Of a DNA stretch of 64,000 nt, positions 61,651 to 64,000 are shown in pieces. The stretch comes from an uncultured Leptospiraceae bacterium (GTDB lineage Bacteria; Spirochaetota; UBA4802; UB4802), in the NCBI GenBank assembly GCA_964345775.1, contig CAYFSO010000002.1, positions 15,679 to 79,678 of the forward strand, in the 5' to 3' direction. The translations under genes were made by a program, and so were the position numbers. Below the pieces are notes generated by a model, which had not been told where the DNA came from, did not search any database, and saw only the letters and a list, made by a program, of their open reading frames with translations. Numbering within the stretch: position 1 is the first letter of the stretch; every line of letters starts with the position of its first letter.

Positions 61651-62955
61651 TCAATAGCCCCTGTTAATTTTCAACTGTAATTTTGATATTTTTTCCCGTG
61701 CTTTTCGTGGTTGATATGCCATTGCAAGGGCCTGGCGGTACCATTTAAGCGCTTCCTGGAGCTGATTGTCATGCTCATATGCATCAGCAAGGTTCCACCT
61801 TACCCTTCCCGGATTCAGCTTGTCCAGTTCATGTTTTTTCCTGCGTAATTCAAGTTCTTTGCGCGCTTTCTCTTCCACCGCGTACTCGTATTCAGTATAC
61901 GCGCTGTAATCCCTGTTCTTTAAAAGCGAGGACTTCAATGAATTAATTTTTTTATCAAGACTATTCACATCCGATTCAATTTTTTCAATTTCTTGAACCA
62001 GTTTTTCCTGGTACTGTATTGCACCTGTATAGTTCTGTATGGCAATTTTAAAGTTAAGCTCACTGAGATGTATGTCTCCTGAATACTCCATTGATTTGCC
62101 TCTACGGTACACATCCCCTTCGGGCAGCAGGTTCAATGCTTTCTCAAATGATGCAAGCGCCAGGGGATAATTCCCGGTACGGGCGTAACAGAGAGTGCCC
62201 AGGGCAAAGTGTATATTCGCATCATCGGGTTGAATTTCAAGGTATTCCCTGTAATATTTTACCGTGTTCAGGTGCCTTCCGGTCTCAGCGTGAAGGTTGG
62301 CAAGTGTTATATATAGAGATGCATCTTCCGGTGGTTTACTCCTTGACTGTACATATCGTTCAAGATGGTAAATTGCTCTTTTCTTTATTCCATGTCTTGC
62401 AAGGGATTTGCCAAGTTCAAGGGAGTAGTCATAGTTTTCGGGCTTAAGTTCATAGGCAGTTTCAAGTGCCGCATGGTAGGCTTTCACGTCCCCCCTTTTT
62501 TTATATACGCCTGCTATACGATAATAAACCGCATGGTCTTGTTCCGGTTTCAACACGCGATAGCGCAGCGATTGAACAAGGTGGTTCAATGACGTATCAA
62601 ATTGCTTTATTTCATCAGCACAGATACCAGCGTTGTAATGCAGGGTGAAAAGGTCGGGATTATTCTCGATAAAGAAAGGCTTTGCCTTTCTCTCTACAAA
62701 GAGCTTTTCAAGATCAATGCCTCTTTCTGCCTGCTTTACAGAAATGAAATCCGTTGGTATGCGCTTATCTCCAACCCTTTCTCCGTACTTCTCTGTGAGA
62801 ACCTGTTCAATCTGCTGAAGGGCCTTGGCGTATTCCCCATTCTGCATCAGGTTGGTGTATTCCGGTGTTCCTTCCTGGCCGGAGGCCGTTGCGATGCTGT
62901 ACTGGAAAAGGAAGGCAGCAAGCACTACCCTGATAAAACGGTACTTTATATTCAT
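61651..62955 (-). CDS. Secreted TPR-repeat protein
   Basis: Signal peptide, then multiple TPR units and a C-terminal coiled-coil segment. Confidence 0.7.
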   Translation of the reverse strand: MNIKYRFIRVVLAAFLFQYSIATASGQEGTPEYTNLMQNGEYAKALQQIEQVLTEKYGERVGDKRIPTDFISVKQAERGIDLEKLFVERKAKPFFIENNPDLFTLHYNAGICADEIKQFDTSLNHLVQSLRYRVLKPEQDHAVYYRIAGVYKKRGDVKAYHAALETAYELKPENYDYSLELGKSLARHGIKKRAIYHLERYVQSRSKPPEDASLYITLANLHAETGRHLNTVKYYREYLEIQPDDANIHFALGTLCYARTGNYPLALASFEKALNLLPEGDVYRRGKSMEYSGDIHLSELNFKIAIQNYTGAIQYQEKLVQEIEKIESDVNSLDKKINSLKSSLLKNRDYSAYTEYEYAVEEKARKELELRRKKHELDKLNPGRVRWNLADAYEHDNQLQEALKWYRQALAMAYQPRKAREKISKLQLKINRGY

Positions 62956-63108
62956 ATAGGTAATATCGGATATAATTATGGTTTTTTTACTGAATATTGA
63001 GCAGTTACATTATCAGAATGCATAGACACGGCCGCCCTGGTCACCTTCTCGGGTTGACTGTGCAGGGCAGGTGCTGTACTGTATTGTTGCAATGACCAGG
63101 GAAAGGTA

Positions 63109-63723
63109 TTATCGGCGAATACGTATCTTGCGGACCTGTCGCTTCTTGATCCTGGGTGCTCCTTCAGGATTGTATTTTTCCTGAACGTCCTCTGTTGGAT
63201 GGTTGATCAGCATGCGTACTACTTCTTCGGACCGGTTAAGTACATCGATCAATACAAGGTTCTCTTCAACAGGGAAATCCTTCAGGAGATACTCTTCCAT
63301 TTTCATTTCGTCTACGGGTTGCCCCACACCAATACGCACCTTGGCGAAACGATCTGATTTCAAAGCCCGGGTCATGGATAAAATGCCCGGGTGCTGTAAC
63401 TTGGAATAAATAGTGTCTATCCTGACATCACCAAGCTTCAGCGAAGTATCCTCAAGCACACAGATTATATCCTTCACGTTTATTCTGAGGAATGACGCGA
63501 TATAGAGTACTGATTCTCCAATGAGGTTGACAAAAGTCTGTGGTTTCAGCAGTACAACTTCTTCGCCGTCAATATTTCCTCTTCCGATGAGAGACTTCTT
63601 CTTCTTTACCCGGATGTCGATGTTTTCGTTATTGGCCAGAATATCAACAACCTTAAAGCCAATATTCTGCCGGTTGTTGAAATACTCTTCTCCTGGATTT
63701 CCAAAACCTACAATGAGTTTCAA
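63109..63723 (-). CDS. pth: Peptidyl-tRNA hydrolase
   Basis: N-terminus MKLIVGFGNPG..Y..RQNIGF and catalytic His in the GNPG context, about 200 aa. Confidence 0.9.
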   Translation of the reverse strand: MKLIVGFGNPGEEYFNNRQNIGFKVVDILANNENIDIRVKKKKSLIGRGNIDGEEVVLLKPQTFVNLIGESVLYIASFLRINVKDIICVLEDTSLKLGDVRIDTIYSKLQHPGILSMTRALKSDRFAKVRIGVGQPVDEMKMEEYLLKDFPVEENLVLIDVLNRSEEVVRMLINHPTEDVQEKYNPEGAPRIKKRQVRKIRIRR

Positions 63724-63777
63724 AGAAACATCACCCCTTTTATAAAAATATAAGTCGGGTAAGGCGGTGCTGCAGCC

Positions 63778-64000
63778 TTACTCGGACTCTTCTGTTCCTG
63801 ATTCTTCAGCTCCCTCTTCGGCTGCCGTAGCTTCTTCACCTTCTTCAAGCTCTTCTGCTTCTTCCTCTTCTTCAGCAGACGGTATATGCGGTGCCACGCA
63901 GGTAACAATTACCTGGTCAGGGCTTGAAAGAAACGTAAGGGATTCCTTTTCCTCAAGGTCGCTTACGTGTATAGAGTCCCCGATCTCAAGATTTGTTACA
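63778..64000 (-). CDS. rplY: 50S ribosomal protein L25 (Ctc-form), 3' partial with an acidic C-terminal tail. The gene continues beyond the window end.
   Basis: Hand translation of the minus strand gives ...LEIGDSIHVSDLEEKESLTFLSSPDQVIVTCVAP...SAEEEEEAEELEEGEE...ESE-stop. The IGDSIHVSDL motif and acidic tail are typical of Ctc. Canonical ctc-pth order. Confidence 0.65.
   Translation of the reverse strand, partial: VTNLEIGDSIHVSDLEEKESLTFLSSPDQVIVTCVAPHIPSAEEEEEAEELEEGEEATAAEEGAEESGTEESE

Noticed and set aside
63720-63908. 62-aa Lys-rich ORF overlapping the pth start
   Set aside because: The same stretch in another frame gives the conserved L25/Ctc C-terminus with its acidic tail. The 62-aa ORF is the out-of-frame shadow.

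Overview
This window looks like a chromosomal replication-origin region of a bacterium; the phylum is not assigned from sequence alone. Genes run dnaA-dnaN-recF-dciA(DUF721)-remB-like(DUF370)-gyrB-gyrA, with DnaA-box-like 9-mers upstream of dnaA and in an AT-rich dnaA-dnaN spacer (candidate oriC). Downstream are housekeeping and metabolic genes (coaE, hisD, GDP-mannose pyrophosphorylase, surE, nadE, GTP-type PEP carboxykinase, pyrB/pyrC, guaB, ttcA, ruvA/ruvC/yebC, pth, rplY) mixed with envelope and signalling genes (SPOR/FtsN-like, Slt transglycosylase, FecR-like, HEAT/TPR proteins, GAF-HD-GYP, CheY, cNMP-binding, PadR, TetR). The outstanding feature is a complete 13-gene Mbh-type operon (47161..55489): an Mrp-antiporter module plus a group-4 energy-converting [NiFe]-hydrogenase, i.e. 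a ferredoxin-dependent, ion-translocating H2-evolving respiratory complex. Its NuoL/MnhD-like subunit gene carries a perfect 160-bp tandem duplication (unit not divisible by 3) that frameshifts the gene. A membrane-anchored AraC regulator and a YkgJ-type CxxCxxCC protein sit immediately upstream of the operon, and a GG-tailed MoaD/ThiS-like protein sits at its 3' end. Also notable: an orphan flagellin-family protein with a Sec-signal-like N-terminal extension, and a DUF115 (Maf-like) protein elsewhere in the window. No rRNA, tRNA, CRISPR array or recognisable mobile element was seen. All calls are from reading the sequence and ORF translations by eye; no searches were run.
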